Assembly (NCBI GenBank): GCA_013239625.1 | Contig: MU054187.1 | Location: 12,131,325-12,195,324, forward strand | DNA: 64,000 nt | Source: Lama guanicoe | Lineage: Eukaryota | Direction: 5' to 3' | Shown here: positions 12,110-25,117 of the stretch, in pieces | How positions within the stretch are numbered: position 1 is the first letter of the stretch | How the letters are laid out: the number at the start of each line of letters is the position of its first letter | Made by a program: the position numbers and the translations under genes | The notes under the pieces: model-generated | Seen by the model: the letters and a program-made list of their open reading frames with translations, nothing else | Databases searched by the model: none | Told to the model about the DNA's origin: nothing

Positions 12110-15100
12110 AACCCGAAGGCATTAAAATTTATTAAATGATGCAATAACAACAGAATTCTTTATTTACAATAGCATTATTTAACATCAAATAAGCAAATAG
12201 CATCAGCAAAGCAATATTAACTTGCATAAATGTATTTAAAATTTCTCTGAATATATCTACCTTTGCATAAACTGCTCACACTAGAAATACAAACATCAAT
12301 GCAGCTGAACAAAGTGATGTCCGGAGTCAACTCCATTTTGAAAATAAATCACAACCTGAAACACTGTAAGCTTTCTCCTGAAGAACCATAGGTAATATAT
12401 TGCTTAATTTTACCCTTGTATAATCTTTTCATATACACACATCTCAGATGCAACTTCATGAGGAACTGTACAAATAAAACCCACAAATGGCATAAGAAAA
12501 AAAAATGACAGTTAAATGTTTGAAGAAATGCCTCATCATCACTGTTCAACAACATAAAGGTTAAGTGATGATGCACTTATTCAAAAAATTGTACACAATT
12601 CACTATACAAATATAATACATCGGACAGCTATGTAGGAATATACAAGACTTAAAAACAGATCTAAGGCATTATGCTAGATTTTAGCATTTTGAGGTTCTT
12701 GCACATAGCTTTTACCTGTAGTAAGAAACTTAAAAGATTTTGTTTTAGTCTATAAAGAAACACCAGGGAGAAAATTCTAATGAAAATCGAAGCCGCTACA
12801 GTAATTTTCTTTTGTGCAGAGAATGCTTTGCTCCTAGGCAGCATACTACCATACAAATACTAGAAAATTTTAAATTCACACCAACAATTAATGGCTTAAG
12901 TTGCATTTCAAAATTGATTGTGTATCTTTGGGTTCTGCAAGTGGGTCTGTGCCACTCATTTCATGTGTTAAGCCCATATGAACTCCATTTTTAAACACAG
13001 ATTAAAAACCGCATTATATAAACTGCAAAAACATTGCTTTCAGTTGGTACAGGCCGTAAGAGATACACGTGGGAGGGGGCGTTTTGAATCTTCGAGTCAA
13101 ACAAATTCATCGCAGGGAAAACAGCTCACGTCACTTTTTAAACTTACCACGTTACATGAACACTTAAATGAGTTTTACAACCAAGTTAATGAATGTATAC
13201 TTTTCACATTATGTGTTTTTCACATTTATTAATATAAGTAAAACTGATTATTTGTTCTGTTAAACAAAAACCAAGTACTCAGTCTAACAAGTTTATTGTG
13301 TTCAGTGTGAGAAATACTGATAATGAGCGGTCCATTTGGCTTTTGCTTCTACAGGGATCAGTATGGCCAGGAGTCCGTCACTGACTCTTAATTGGATATA
13401 AAGCAAAATCCCTATTACCTACTCTGAGCCATAAGAGAACTGACAATCTCTCTTCCTTCAAAACAGTAATGACTATGAATTATTCTGAATACCAGTATCC
13501 CAGGTTTGCAGATTTGTCCAAATTGGGACTGACATGAAAACACAGTGGGCGGGTGGAGAAACAATAAAAAAGGTACACAGATATTTGGGGACAGTGTGAC
13601 AGTGAAAAGGGACTTAAAACTCAAAACAAACAAACAAATCCAGTTTAAACTCCCTTTCTCTTTTGTGCTGTGTGACATTAAAGTCTTTCTAATTCACATG
13701 TTTCTAAAAACTTGAAACTGGTCACATTAAATGGCGTGGATCATCAGCCCATCGCACCAACGAGGATTGGAGTTCTGGGCCGACATCTGCTTGTTTCTTC
13801 CCATCACGGTTGGGCAACCCAATGGTCTCTGGTTGAGAAAAGTAGAGCCTTTCAAGGGGGACATGTGAACTGGTGGCCCCTGAGAAGTGCTGTTCCTTGG
13901 CCACTTCCCTGTAGCGAGACCCCCCTCAAGTGGAAAAAAGTATCGAAATGCAAATTTCCAGAAAATGTCTTTAGTGTGGAGCAACACTTTCAGACTGTCT
14001 CCTTCCCGTTTATCTTTGGGCGCTGTCTGTTTCTATCCTTCCACAGTCTGGACACACAGAGAGAGAGAAATACAAACAGGGCTAGTCGGTATGGTTTCCA
14101 CCCTGCCACAAAATCATCAAAGTTCAAGGAAAAACCTCTCTGTTCCTAAAAAGCCTGGCTAATGAGATATAAAAAGCTTTGCTTTTTGGACATCAAAAAG
14201 ACATCACTCTGAAATTTAGGTAAGAAAGTATGTGTATCAGGAGTTGGGGAGACATAGCTCAAAAAAGGTCACCAGTTTCTTGGTATTCCAGCTGTCTGAA
14301 ACTGATGCCAATTAAGAAAAGATTATTCCCCTACCAGAATGGGCAAGAAAAACCACCGTAAAAGTGGCCTGCTTTTTAGTAACATGTAGTCTTCCTAAGG
14401 TTCATTAAGAAAGAATATAAACATATAAAAATCAAGAATCGGTTCCTACAGCGGCTGCATATCATATAGATTAATTAGATAAATGATTTATGAGCAGAAT
14501 CACAAGGTTTAGAAAATAAAAAGTCTTAAGTCTACAAATTAGGTCTAATCAAGGCATTGAGATCCTTTACAAAACACCTTTAGGAGACGTTGCTATGAAG
14601 ATATCTAATTTTAATACTGAAGTACCTCATTTTTGAGTCAATTCCACAATATGTATACCTCACAAAAATGATACAATTAAAACACTTAAGTTCTCAACTT
14701 AAATTATTGCTTGTTTACATATAAATTGGATTTTATGTACCTTACAAAACTTCGGCTTAGTCAGCACTGCTAAAAAACAAAATAAAAAACACATGGTGGA
14801 GGTTAAATCTGTCGTGATATCTGCTGTCAATTTGAAGCACACTATTATCTCCTCCCGTTTTGTAGGCCAGTGTTGCTGGGGAATCGAATAACATGCCTCC
14901 AAAGCAGGTGTCCCCGGTGTGCTGGGTATCAAGTCCTAACTCTGCTCCTCTCCTTGCCAGTAAATACATTTTTCTGAAATTTAATAGTGAGCAATTGGTA
15001 AGGGGCTGGCAAAACATGTCAGGAAATAATGGGATTACCTGGTTTCTGTTGCTTTTATTTAAAAAAAAAGAATGAAAGCGGGGAGAACTGGGGAAGGGCA

Positions 15101-15944
15101 GAGGTGGGATCAGATGGAAGAGGAGGGGCTGATTCGAGCTGTCTGATCAATCTAAAGGGAACTGAATTTGGAAATGAAAAGTATCTCTTCTCGATTCATG
15201 ATTTGGGTGAGCTCACTTGGTTTGAACAAAAGAAAAAAAAAAGGCGGGGGAAAGTACTTGTTTATATTAACAGCCCTCCCACAGGCTCCTTTTCATCTGT
15301 TCAGTAACTGGAAGCTCTTTCCAACAGGGTCTCGAGAGCCTTCACAAAGATACATCTATGGTCTTTGCGTGGCGCTGTCTCTGTACCCACAGCGCGGTCT
15401 GTGCGTCTGCCCCGCTTTCATCCCAAAGGCAGGCTTAGCTTAAAACACTTTTTGTTTGATTTTTTTTTTTAATTTGTTTCCTTCCCCCAGATGGAATTTT
15501 AATCTTTTGTACTGGACTGGTTAGCCAGGGGAAACAAAGCAAGAAACCAGTATCTGGAACAAGACAGGAATAGAACAAGAGCGTGGGTGTTTTCCTTAAA
15601 CACATACATTTAGATACATTCAATCTGACACGGGTATGGAGTTTGCCTGTCAACATGTACTTGGCAGGAGAGATCTAAGTTGCACTAAGGTGAATGCAGT
15701 GAACAGACGGAGCGACTGTCCGGGCGTGGGCTGCAGGCCGTCAGCACACAAGGCCGCTCCTCCCGCAGCAGCCGGGGGTCCACCCTGCGGCCAGGGCCCA
15801 GGCCGTTGGCCCCTCTCGCTCTGGCAGGACTGGATGGCAGGTCGGTTGGGTCAAAACAAATAGACGCAGCTCTCCAGACTGGTAAGCGTTTTGAGCACGT
15901 GAGCCCAATCAGCTGAAGAAAGAGGCAACCAGCTCCCTTCCGTG
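12110..15944 (-). other. NCOA2: NCOA2 long 3' UTR (~3.8 kb; exact cleavage site uncertain)
   Basis: Follows the stop codon; AU-rich with U-tracts; no recognisable transposon; ends at paired AATAAA hexamers just before a SINE and L1-rich intergenic DNA. Confidence 0.8.
12128..12168 (-). terminator. Distal polyadenylation signals of NCOA2
   Basis: Plus-strand TTTATT (AATAAA on minus) at 12128-12133 and 12159-12164; the latter sits in UGUAAAUAAA. Confidence 0.75.
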
Positions 15945-15956
15945 TCAGCAGTATTT
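15945..15956 (-). CDS. NCOA2: NCOA2 last exon, coding part (KYC-stop)
   Basis: Acceptor tttgtttcctgcag|AAA TAC TGC TGA, matching the recalled NCOA2 C-terminus ...RKYC. Confidence 0.93.
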   Translation of the reverse strand, partial: KYC

Positions 15957-16261
15957 CTGCAGGAAACAAAGAGGAAGTGGTGTAGTGTCTCCGAACTTTT
16001 GGTAAAACCATCATAAAGCCCATCACAAAAACAGTAGAACACATGGCCGTTTTAAGTAACGCCAGTCACAGAGCTGCATCCCGATGAAGTACACTTGATT
16101 TTGATGCAGATGAGCAGATGGCACTGCTCCTAACTGAACACAGAGAACGGTGCCCAAGGCCAGGAGATCCTGCGCGCTACTCTGAAGGCCCCAGACTGCA
16201 ACGGCTCACAGATCAACCCTTCGGAGTGACTGCCACTCCTGTACTGGTGATCACGTAACAG

Positions 16262-16500
16262 AGATTACCACAACCCCCAAGATACCCAGTTGCTGAATTG
16301 CCTTTGCTCTTTGACAGCATCCAATCCAGAAGCGGTCACTGTTTTCCCAGTCCTTCCTCAAAATCATCCAGTGCAAACCCACTTCCCTGTAAAACGTCCC
16401 CTCCCGACGCTCCCTCACTGCCACACTCCCATGCACCGTGGGGTGTGTGCTCGCTGGCTTCAGCAAGCGGAGAAGCCCGGGGTTCTGACTTTAGGGTACT
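16262..16500 (+). mobile_element. Probable ERVL-type LTR fragment in the last intron; family uncertain
   Basis: gacagcatccaatccagaagc...cactgccacactcccatgcaccgtggggtgtgtgctc resembles MER68/MER77-group LTRs, from recall only. Confidence 0.4.
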
Positions 16501-18982
16501 ACTGCCAGCTTCTGACTGCTGATGCCAACGATCTGAATGACCACACAAGCGAGAGTCACAGGGAGGTGCTTCCTCGGTTGGTGTAGGTAGATCTGCCCAT
16601 GCTTTTCTCTGGCTATTGGCTATCCCCCCCTCAAGAGTCATTCACTGAGCAAATATTAATAATCAATATTAACTCTGTGCCGGATACTGGGAATAGAAAC
16701 TGTACTAAGATATTTCCAGTCACTGCTATCAAAACGGTCCTGAACAGGCCAGGCAGACAAGTAACTCTGTGATCTGAGTTATGCGAGGAAAAGTACTGGT
16801 TGCTGCAGGAACATAATACGATTGCACCTGGGATTTAGATATTCAGACACAGAATTCTAGCGAATCAGGGCCATTAGAGATTTTCTAGTTTAAGGAAGAT
16901 GAGAGAGGAAGTAAGCCCCAAGTAATCCATTTCACCAAAGCGCCCTGAGAGAGAATCTGGGGAAACTTGCCAGATCACAGTTAGTGGTCCCAGGTGGAAT
17001 CACATTCCTGGTCAGGTGCACAGCTCTCCCAAGCTTAAGAAACCTGATTGCATTTCCTCCTAGAGAAGAAAACTTAATGTGCTTTTTTCCCCTGTAACGT
17101 AAAGTTGAGTAATGTATTTGTTCCTAGTTTGTCGTCCCTTATATGATTTTATATGGAAACACCCCACAGCTCTGGTTGAAATATAAAAAAAGCTCCTCAG
17201 TTTTCCAGTTAGTCTGGAAAAAAACCTATTGAGATGCAGAAATGTCTGTGGAAACTCCAAGGCAGTATTCTTCCTGTGACTGACATCCACACACACTGGC
17301 AGCCAGTCACTTAATCTTTCTGTAGCTGACACCTTAGGGCTGTTGCGGGCATTAAACAAAACCACTCAAGTAGTTCCGGGGGCAGAATAAGCGCTCAGTA
17401 AATGTCACTGTCGTCATCATCATCAACTCAAAGCCGATTCTACTTAGCGTTCAATTTCTAAGACGCTGGTAAATAGAAGTAATTACAACTATACTTTATA
17501 CAAGAGCCATGTGGCTGAGCAGTAAACTCAATTTTCATATATTTAAATATATTTAAAACACAAAGGCTACTAAGTCCTTGTAAAAGGAAGAAACTTCAGG
17601 TTAAGTAAAATATCTACCCTTCTCTAGTTTTTAGTAAATCCCTGGTTGTATATTCTAGCTCTGCTTAAAGCAAGATACAATTTTAATCTCCATTTCAAGA
17701 TAAATGGAACACAGATTCAATTAGTAATGGATCACAGTGGTTTTTAGTTCAAAGAGAACCTGATTGCCAATAAAAATTCTGAAAAGAGTTCCTTGATTCA
17801 CAGCAGCAGAGTACATGGCAGAGACACAGAAGACGAAGACGATGAACCCCTCTCCGTGCACACGTCAGTGGGACGGTGACAGATGCAGAGTGATTTCCAG
17901 TTATTACCCATGGATTCGAAGGGATACACCATACAGATCATTCTCTGAAGGAACGAGTGTCTGAGACGGACTTTCTCTAGCCTTAACATTCAGCATGAGT
18001 AAGTACAGAAGAGCCAGATGCAGGCGGGGGACTAGAAAAAACAGGGAGAGGTATAAATGGCCCGGGCTAGGGGTAACAGAATTCTCACCACAGATCCCGA
18101 AAGGCACTTTGGATGGAGAAAACACTCTATATGCTACTGCAAGTTGCTTTTTGTGATCCTAACGCTAATCTTTCCAGGTCAGGTTCCCAGGCACCCGTCA
18201 GCACTCGGGTATGTGTGCAGTGAACACCTGGTTCTGCTGACCCACCTTGCCCACATCTCTGCCCCTGCCCTGTGCCGATCAGTCCAGCCAACTTGGAAGG
18301 TCTGTGCCCCTCTGTGGTGCTGCTCAGGGCAGCCCCCCTTCTCGCCTCCAGCATATTCCGCCACGATTAGCTGTTTGACCTGGGGTGAGTCACAGGTTCG
18401 GTCTCTCATCTAAAAATGTAGGGGAGGCCTAAATGCTTAGGTCCCTGGTGCATCAGAGTATGAAAGGTGGTGCCCTGTCCTAACTTGTGAGGGTTCCTCC
18501 GTGCTGAGATGGGGCACCCGTGCCTGAGGGAGGACTCTACTCAACAGGGAGCTCGGGCGTCACTGCCTGTCCCAGAGGATACACGAGTGTCTCTTTTCTT
18601 CCCTTTATGATCTATACGGAGAGATCATAAGACACCAGAGAAGGCAGTCACTTGTTCCTTTGTGGCCTTTTCCAGTGTTACCTGCATAAAACCCTTTGAA
18701 AAAGTCTCCCGAGAGCCCTGGGCTCCCGTCGGGGATGTGGGCAGCAGTGCGCTGGGGGCACTAAGAGTGCACATTCAGGGCTCGTCCTGCCTGGATTTCC
18801 TTCCTGGGGCGGCGGGACCTTGGGCAAGTCATTAAACCCTCAAAAACAGTGGTCCTAGGATGCGGCTGGGGTGTGGTTTAAATGAGGTCCTCCACATACA
18901 GCTCTTGGCAAAGAATCAGGCCTGTGGTTCATGCTCAACACAGGCTGGTTGTTTCTGTAACTGTTTAAAAGGCAGATGAAGT

Positions 18983-19170
18983 GGGGAGGGTATTGCTCAA
19001 GTGATAGAGCACGTGCTTAGCATGCACAAGGTCCTGGGTTCAAACTCCAATGCCCCATCTAAAAATAAATAATAAAATTGAATCACCTCCCACCTGCCAA
19101 AAATAACAGTAATAAAATAATACAATAAATAATTAAAAAATAAATGGTCAGTCAGGAAAAAATAAATAAA
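18983..19170 (+). mobile_element. tRNA-derived SINE (vic-1-like) with long AT-rich tail
   Basis: gctcaagtgatagagcacgtgcttagcatgcacaaggtcctgggttcaaa; approximate TSD aaaaggcagatga/aaaaggcaggcga. Confidence 0.88.
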
Positions 19171-19906
19171 AGGCAGGCGATGGGCCACCTGTGTGTCTTT
19201 ACTTCCCTTCTTGGAGGTAAGTGGCAGCAGAAGAAAGGACACAAGGTGAGTTACTTTCTGGGGCTCTGAGGAGACAGGAGTGAAGGCTGGGCTGCTGGCC
19301 TGGCCCGGGCAGTGCTTCCGAGGGCCTCTCCCGCCAGGCGCTTCCCCAGAGCTCCGGCCAGCACACGGGCATCCGAAGTGGGAAATGTGAGCTTGGCCCC
19401 CTAAATCCATTTTTTGCCCCCACAGAGACACTCAGAGGTTAGGTGCCCAGCACTTTTGGGTTAAAATGAGCCGTCCCCCGTGGGAGCCCATAAACCACAT
19501 CGTTCCTCTGGGAAGTGCACCCCAGGTTTCCAGCCTCTGCTCTGTGCACACGAGCCATCACTGAGTCTGGTGGCCACTGCCCGTGTGGGTGCCATGGAGG
19601 GGCGGACAGGACTGGCGGTGGGGAAGATGCTGGTCCTCAAGGGGGCTTCAGACCTCAATCGATGGCACATTTGGAGTCTAAACACATGGTCAGTATAAAA
19701 TGTATGCCATTTTCAGTTAGGCTCACTGGATCAGTACGTTAACCGTGCAGATGAAGTGCTCACTCTGTCTTCACGTACAGGAGACATCCACAGGACCCCA
19801 CCCACAGCCACGCGAGTCTGTGCTGCTTCAAACAAGGCAAACCACGCTGAGAAAAATCCACACACTATGTGGTAAAAATCTGGATCCAATTTATGCTATT
19901 ACTTTT

Positions 19907-20025
19907 TTTTTTCACTGGAAACCATTGCTCAGTATTTTTTTCTTTTTTTTTTAACTTTTTTATTGATTTATAATCATTTTACAATGTTGTGTCAAATTCC
20001 AGTGTTCAGCACAATTTTTCAGTCA
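19907..20025 (-). mobile_element. Very short young L1 3'-end insertion with 16-bp TSD
   Basis: TSD ttatgctattactttt at 19891-19906 and 20026-20041; body matches the element at 39286-39369 in reverse complement. Confidence 0.85.
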
Positions 20026-20829
20026 TTATGCTATTACTTTTTAAACATGAATGCTAATACAAATAAAATGACCCACGATCCACTTTTTTTTTTGGTAGGA
20101 AATTCAACATCGACCCTACATTTTCTCCATCGAGAGAGAACTTTTACTTTAGAAGAGCTGTCTACTGCTAGGGATTATACCCCTGCCTTAAGAGGGCCCC
20201 ACAGCCCCCTCCACCCGGGAGCCAAGTTGCTCAGAGCCTTCTCTGTAACAGGTCTGCTGCCAGGCTCACAGCTTAGCTGGGTTCTAGGTACTGACTATTC
20301 TATTGTTTCAAGGTTTGGTTGAACATAGTATCAGTCTTCTTAGAACAAGTGTTTAAGGTAATAAGCAAATAATGTTTACAAGATTCTTGCCTAAATAAAA
20401 TGAAATACAGAAAAACTCTTAGACAAAACTTAATTAAAGGAGAGAGAGCAATTATAAGTTAGAGCCTCTTCATCCTACTGAAAATCAAACATGATTCAGA
20501 AAATGCAAAAATAAACCAAAGTGACCTAACATGATTAATTCTTTGCTACTTTCTTTTTGCTTTGCTCTAGAATAGTTTAATACCAGGGCAAAATTAGTGT
20601 TAATTCCTACACCACCATCAGCTCAAGAGCTTATTAAAGAAATTATTATTCACAGAAAAACCACTGCATGCCAGATAAAATGAGAAAATACTAAAGAAAA
20701 AAAAACTCGTATTTTGCAACTCTTTTCAATCTACAGGCTGACAACATATCGGCGCCAATTTTGGTCTATGAGACGTTCACATCCACTTTGCTACCATATT
20801 CTGGTATTTATGTCTCTGGTGTTTCTTAC

Positions 20830-20919
20830 CCGTGATGCGTCTCCCTCCTGCTTAATCATGTCCATCCCGGGCAGCTGGTTTGGGAAAAGGCTGCCTCCCC
20901 TCAGAGCAGGATCGTTAAC
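20830..20919 (-). CDS. NCOA2: NCOA2 exon 22 equivalent
   Basis: [30 protein letters not shown]; acceptor ccctcag|, donor CGG|gtaaga; 90 nt. Confidence 0.97.
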
Positions 20920-21620
20920 CTGAGGGCGACAGGGCAGGACAGTGGCTTTATTAGGTGCAACACCTGGGAGCGTACTCGGAACCAACCAACCCCTGACCAC
21001 CTCTGTTTTCAGTAGAATTATGGGGAAAAAGTACTGTGGGAAAATGGCTACATCCCTTATCTACTCTCCCATGTGCATATTTTGGAGGGAGAGGGGAGGA
21101 ACGTGAAAATACTTATAATACACTAGATGCCTTCAAAATGAAATCTGATTTGCATTCTGTACAGAAATTCAACAGAGATGATGTTAGAAACATTCTTACG
21201 CCTTAACATGTTCACCTTTTTGAGTGCAAATTAGACTAATGACTCCAGATACCTGTTACTTTAGGCAAGTTACTGATTAGCAAGAGCAGGTGTGAATACC
21301 CAAAACCAGGCAGGATCTTGTGAATCTTCTCCAAGTGAACTATTCATTAATATTTGGATATTTCTTTTACAAATGACACTTTCCCTACTAGCAAACCGGA
21401 AACTACCAGTGGCCCGTTTTTGTGGGAAATTCAATGTCCATACTGTATTCTCTCCACTGAAAAGATGAAGGTCTGTTTCTTCAGTTTTTGTTTAATTTAA
21501 ACAAGTATTTAGCCACCGTCAATTCAACAAGAGAAGTACAAATTATTACACACATGCATAGACTCCTTAAATTGCAAAGGGCTTTAAATTTCCTCATGCA
21601 TCACTGCGCATTTAAAAAAA

Positions 21621-21742
21621 TTATTCTTTTTGGAGGTAATTAAGTTTATTTAATTAATTTATTTAACAGAGGTACTGGGGATAGAACCCAGGACCCCGTG
21701 CATGCTAAGCCTATACTCTTCCACTGAGCTATACTCTCCCCC
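21621..21742 (-). mobile_element. tRNA-derived SINE (vic-1-like)
   Basis: Reverse-complement A/B boxes (gaacccagg...catgctaagc...ccactgagctata). Confidence 0.88.
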
Positions 21743-22788
21743 TGACTATGCATTTTTCTCAATCATCTTTTTATAGAATAAAACACTGAGGCATTGCAAA
21801 ATTTAGTAAATTTTCACGCAAATTGTGGTTTACCAACATCAGGATTAAATAGACCTCATTAAACTTTCACTCTTTTGCCATTATCACAATCACGACCTAA
21901 CAGAAATTTACGGTGCTGTCAATGACTTACTGGTTAAGTTGTTTAAACTTTCCAAGCCTCAATTTCTCTAAATTTGAAATACGATTCACAGCCTCTGCCA
22001 GGTCAGTACTTTGCATGAAGTACTGAGGAAGCAGAATGCCAAGCATTTTGTGCCCTTTAAAAATAAGATCTTTAATACAGTTAAAAAAAAATTAACCAGT
22101 ATCTGCACCTCTGGATCAGCCCATCACAATTTCTGAATTCTAGGCTGAGCTATCAAGTGTTTTGAGTCTCTCTGCCACCCCCAGTGAAGCTGGCATGTAC
22201 TTACAGATGGCAGAATCATTCAATATTATTCAACACAAAACACAATTATTAAAAAAAAAAAAAAAAAGGACTGGGGAAAAAAAAACCCCATAGCATCCAC
22301 AGTCCAAAGTTAATAAAGAATGGTTCTGGGATATTGTGTCAGTCTCCCTGCACAGGTAAACCATCACCTTTAATAAAGCTAATTGGATGGCAGGTAGTTT
22401 GGCCTTTGCTTTTCATCTGGTCTTACGTTTAAAAAAAAAGTTCTTACACAAAAAATCCAAAATAAAACTTTTTAAAAAAGCACATTTCACTATCCCATTT
22501 TTGAGTCATCTTAGATACTGCTAAAACCCTCAAGTGAGAGAAAAATTTAAATGACAAAATTAAATATTTAGAAGTTTTTTGAGCAGTCAGGGATCCTTTC
22601 ATGTTTATTTCATCATTGACAAGTATTTCTGTTAATCACACCAACACAAGTAAGGTGAAAAAACACTCTTCAAAATAAATGTGGGAGTTGATGGCAGATG
22701 TTAAACACACGGAAAGATCCATTCCATGCAGAAATAGACAAAAAGTTACAATCGGAAGACCAAGGACAGCTTCTGCTTGGGGGCTCAC

Positions 22789-22987
22789 CTGCTCGGGACC
22801 CATGGAGGACAGCCCCGACGTAGGCACGGAGGTCACTGAGGTCATGCTGATCTGCCCTGTCATCTGGTTCATGCTGCTCATGCCACCCGTGTTGGTCGCC
22901 ATGGACACGTTGATGTTCATGTTGTTATTGTACATGCTGGTGTTCGCTTGCTGTCCAAAGTGGGGAGGGGACTGTTGCGAAAACATG
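22789..22987 (-). CDS. NCOA2: NCOA2 exon 21 equivalent, AD2 region
   Basis: [32 protein letters not shown]...SMGPEQ; acceptor ttcccag|, donor CAG|gtgagc; 199 nt. Confidence 0.97.
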
Positions 22988-23504
22988 CTGGGAACACAGT
23001 GAAGATTAAAATGTTAGAGCCCCAGGGCCACCAGGCAGGCAGTGCTGAGCACCTGTTTCTCAGGCTGAAGGAACCCAGGGTGGGATGGGCGGTGGGGGGG
23101 GGGGTGCTCAGTGAAGCTGTAGGGCCCTCACACCCTTCGCCTGCTCCTAACATCACCGTGAAGGTCTGGAAGGATGTCTCCCACTTTCAAGTCTGCTTTT
23201 TGTTACACGTACTGATGGAGGGCAGCTCCTAGGCCCCCACCTCCCACAGCAGTTGCCGTCATAAACTGGTGGGGGTGCTACCTTCTTAAGGGAGAGTTCC
23301 TTTTACCCCCATGGAATAAAATATTGTGCCAAGGTTTTGTAAATTCTGGTAACTTCTGCCCTAGGAAAAGTAAACTGGCTTGCTCAGCAGTTTACTTGGT
23401 ATTGCTCGCTTGAGCAAAGAGGGAAAATACAGAAGAGAGACAGGTGGTCTGTAGAGATTCCCTAGTGATCATTTCTACCAGAAAGACACAGAACAGCGGC
23501 GTAC

Positions 23505-23682
23505 CTGCTTCCACCCATGCTGCCCTGCGCCCACCCGTTCATGTCCGAGGAGGCCTGGTAGGCCGGGTTAGCCTGGGACGGCTGCATCATGGGGCTCTGG
23601 GTGTGTGCCATTCTGGGCGACATCAGAGGGCTCTGGGGGGCTGTGGCCCCAGTGAAGCCTGGGTCAGGCTGCTGACTTATTC
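23505..23682 (-). CDS. NCOA2: NCOA2 exon 20 equivalent
   Basis: Manual translation [58 protein letters not shown]; acceptor cttttaag|, donor AG|gtacgc; 178 nt. Confidence 0.96.
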
Positions 23683-25117
23683 CTTAAAAGACAGAACAGA
23701 AATCCAGGGGAGACTGTTAGCTTTACTGTAGAGACGGCGGTGAAAAAAGAACATTCAGATTAAATACACAAACAGAATTACTTTCAAGCACCTGATCATG
23801 TGCTGGTAAATTACACACATACATGAAGAAGAAAAACTCCATATAGTGGGTTCTCTACAGTAATGAAAGGGGTGTCTAGGAACCTCAGTAACCACCACGA
23901 CTAGAGGTGGAGAGAGGAAACACTACTCTTTCCCCATATCCCTTTCTCAATCAAGAATGAGTCAAGTATGGACAGTTCTCTTTGACCTGAAAGTCAGTCT
24001 TTAAATGTTTATATGTCACTACAATAGGATTAAACTGGATTAAAGTTTCGCTATTATATAAAAAGCCAATGCATCTGAATAATTTATTAAATTAACTCAA
24101 GTTATTCTATGATGAGATCAGTGCATTTTAAAAAATAAGTAACTGTACTCATGATTAGCTTGCGTCTTTACAAAGGGCTCTGTGGTACTTCAGCGCTATT
24201 CATGACTAGCAAGAACAAGAAAAAAAATTCAGTATAGGCTTCTTGTTCAGTTTAGAGGTACACACAGCATTTACACTAAAAGGGAAGAAAACTTTCAGCT
24301 GATTTTTCTAAATCATCCAAAAGGAAAAAGAAAGGAGCTGGGAAACAAAGGAGGCAACATCTTAGACAATTTCAGGGATGACATGAAGGTAAGCACATTG
24401 TGGCCTAGAAGACGTGTAAACATGCATATTTAATTAGTACTTAAAGCAGCTGTAAAAGAAAAACTTAAGATCACACAGGAAAAAGCTGCACATCATCCTT
24501 CTGTTTCCTTAAAGAAATAGGAGACGTGAAGTTAAGCACCACAAAGACTGGGTAGTTATTTATAGAGAACTCTGGTAGAAGAGGGGGAAAGTCATTCTGA
24601 GTATTAATGCTGATGTAAGGACTTCCTTTCATCAGTAATTCAACCATTAATTGAGTATGACGTGCACACAAATATTCATGTTTATGACACCACACACTTT
24701 GCACGCTCGTCTCTGAAGACTGACATTAGACAACAAATCAATACGATGGAAACTAAGAGGCCGCCCGCTGCGGGTTTTGTGCACACTTCTCACGATTATC
24801 AATTCATTAAAGACCTGGTATAATATCGCAAGTCTTCATTTTTCAAAAGTTGTACAGCGTCTGTAATACTTACAATGATGTAGCTTTCAACATTCTGTAT
24901 GTATCTATTGATTTGTTTGAGTCAGACTCAAGAGGTTTTCAAATACAAATAAATGCACACGTACCTGTATTTACAGATACTGACAAACATATGCCTTTGC
25001 ATGTGCACGGGCACACACACACACTCTCACACGCAGGAGTGGTAGATGCACTGTACGCATGCACACCTGCTTCGGTCATTCTTACAGTAAGACCCGCACT
25101 CAGAGAAAAGGTGGTAC

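Noticed and set aside
25081..25090. A further donor-like site (CT|gtaaga) beyond the exon 19 extension
   Set aside because: It lies 32 nt past the in-phase donor, so using it would frameshift exon 20.
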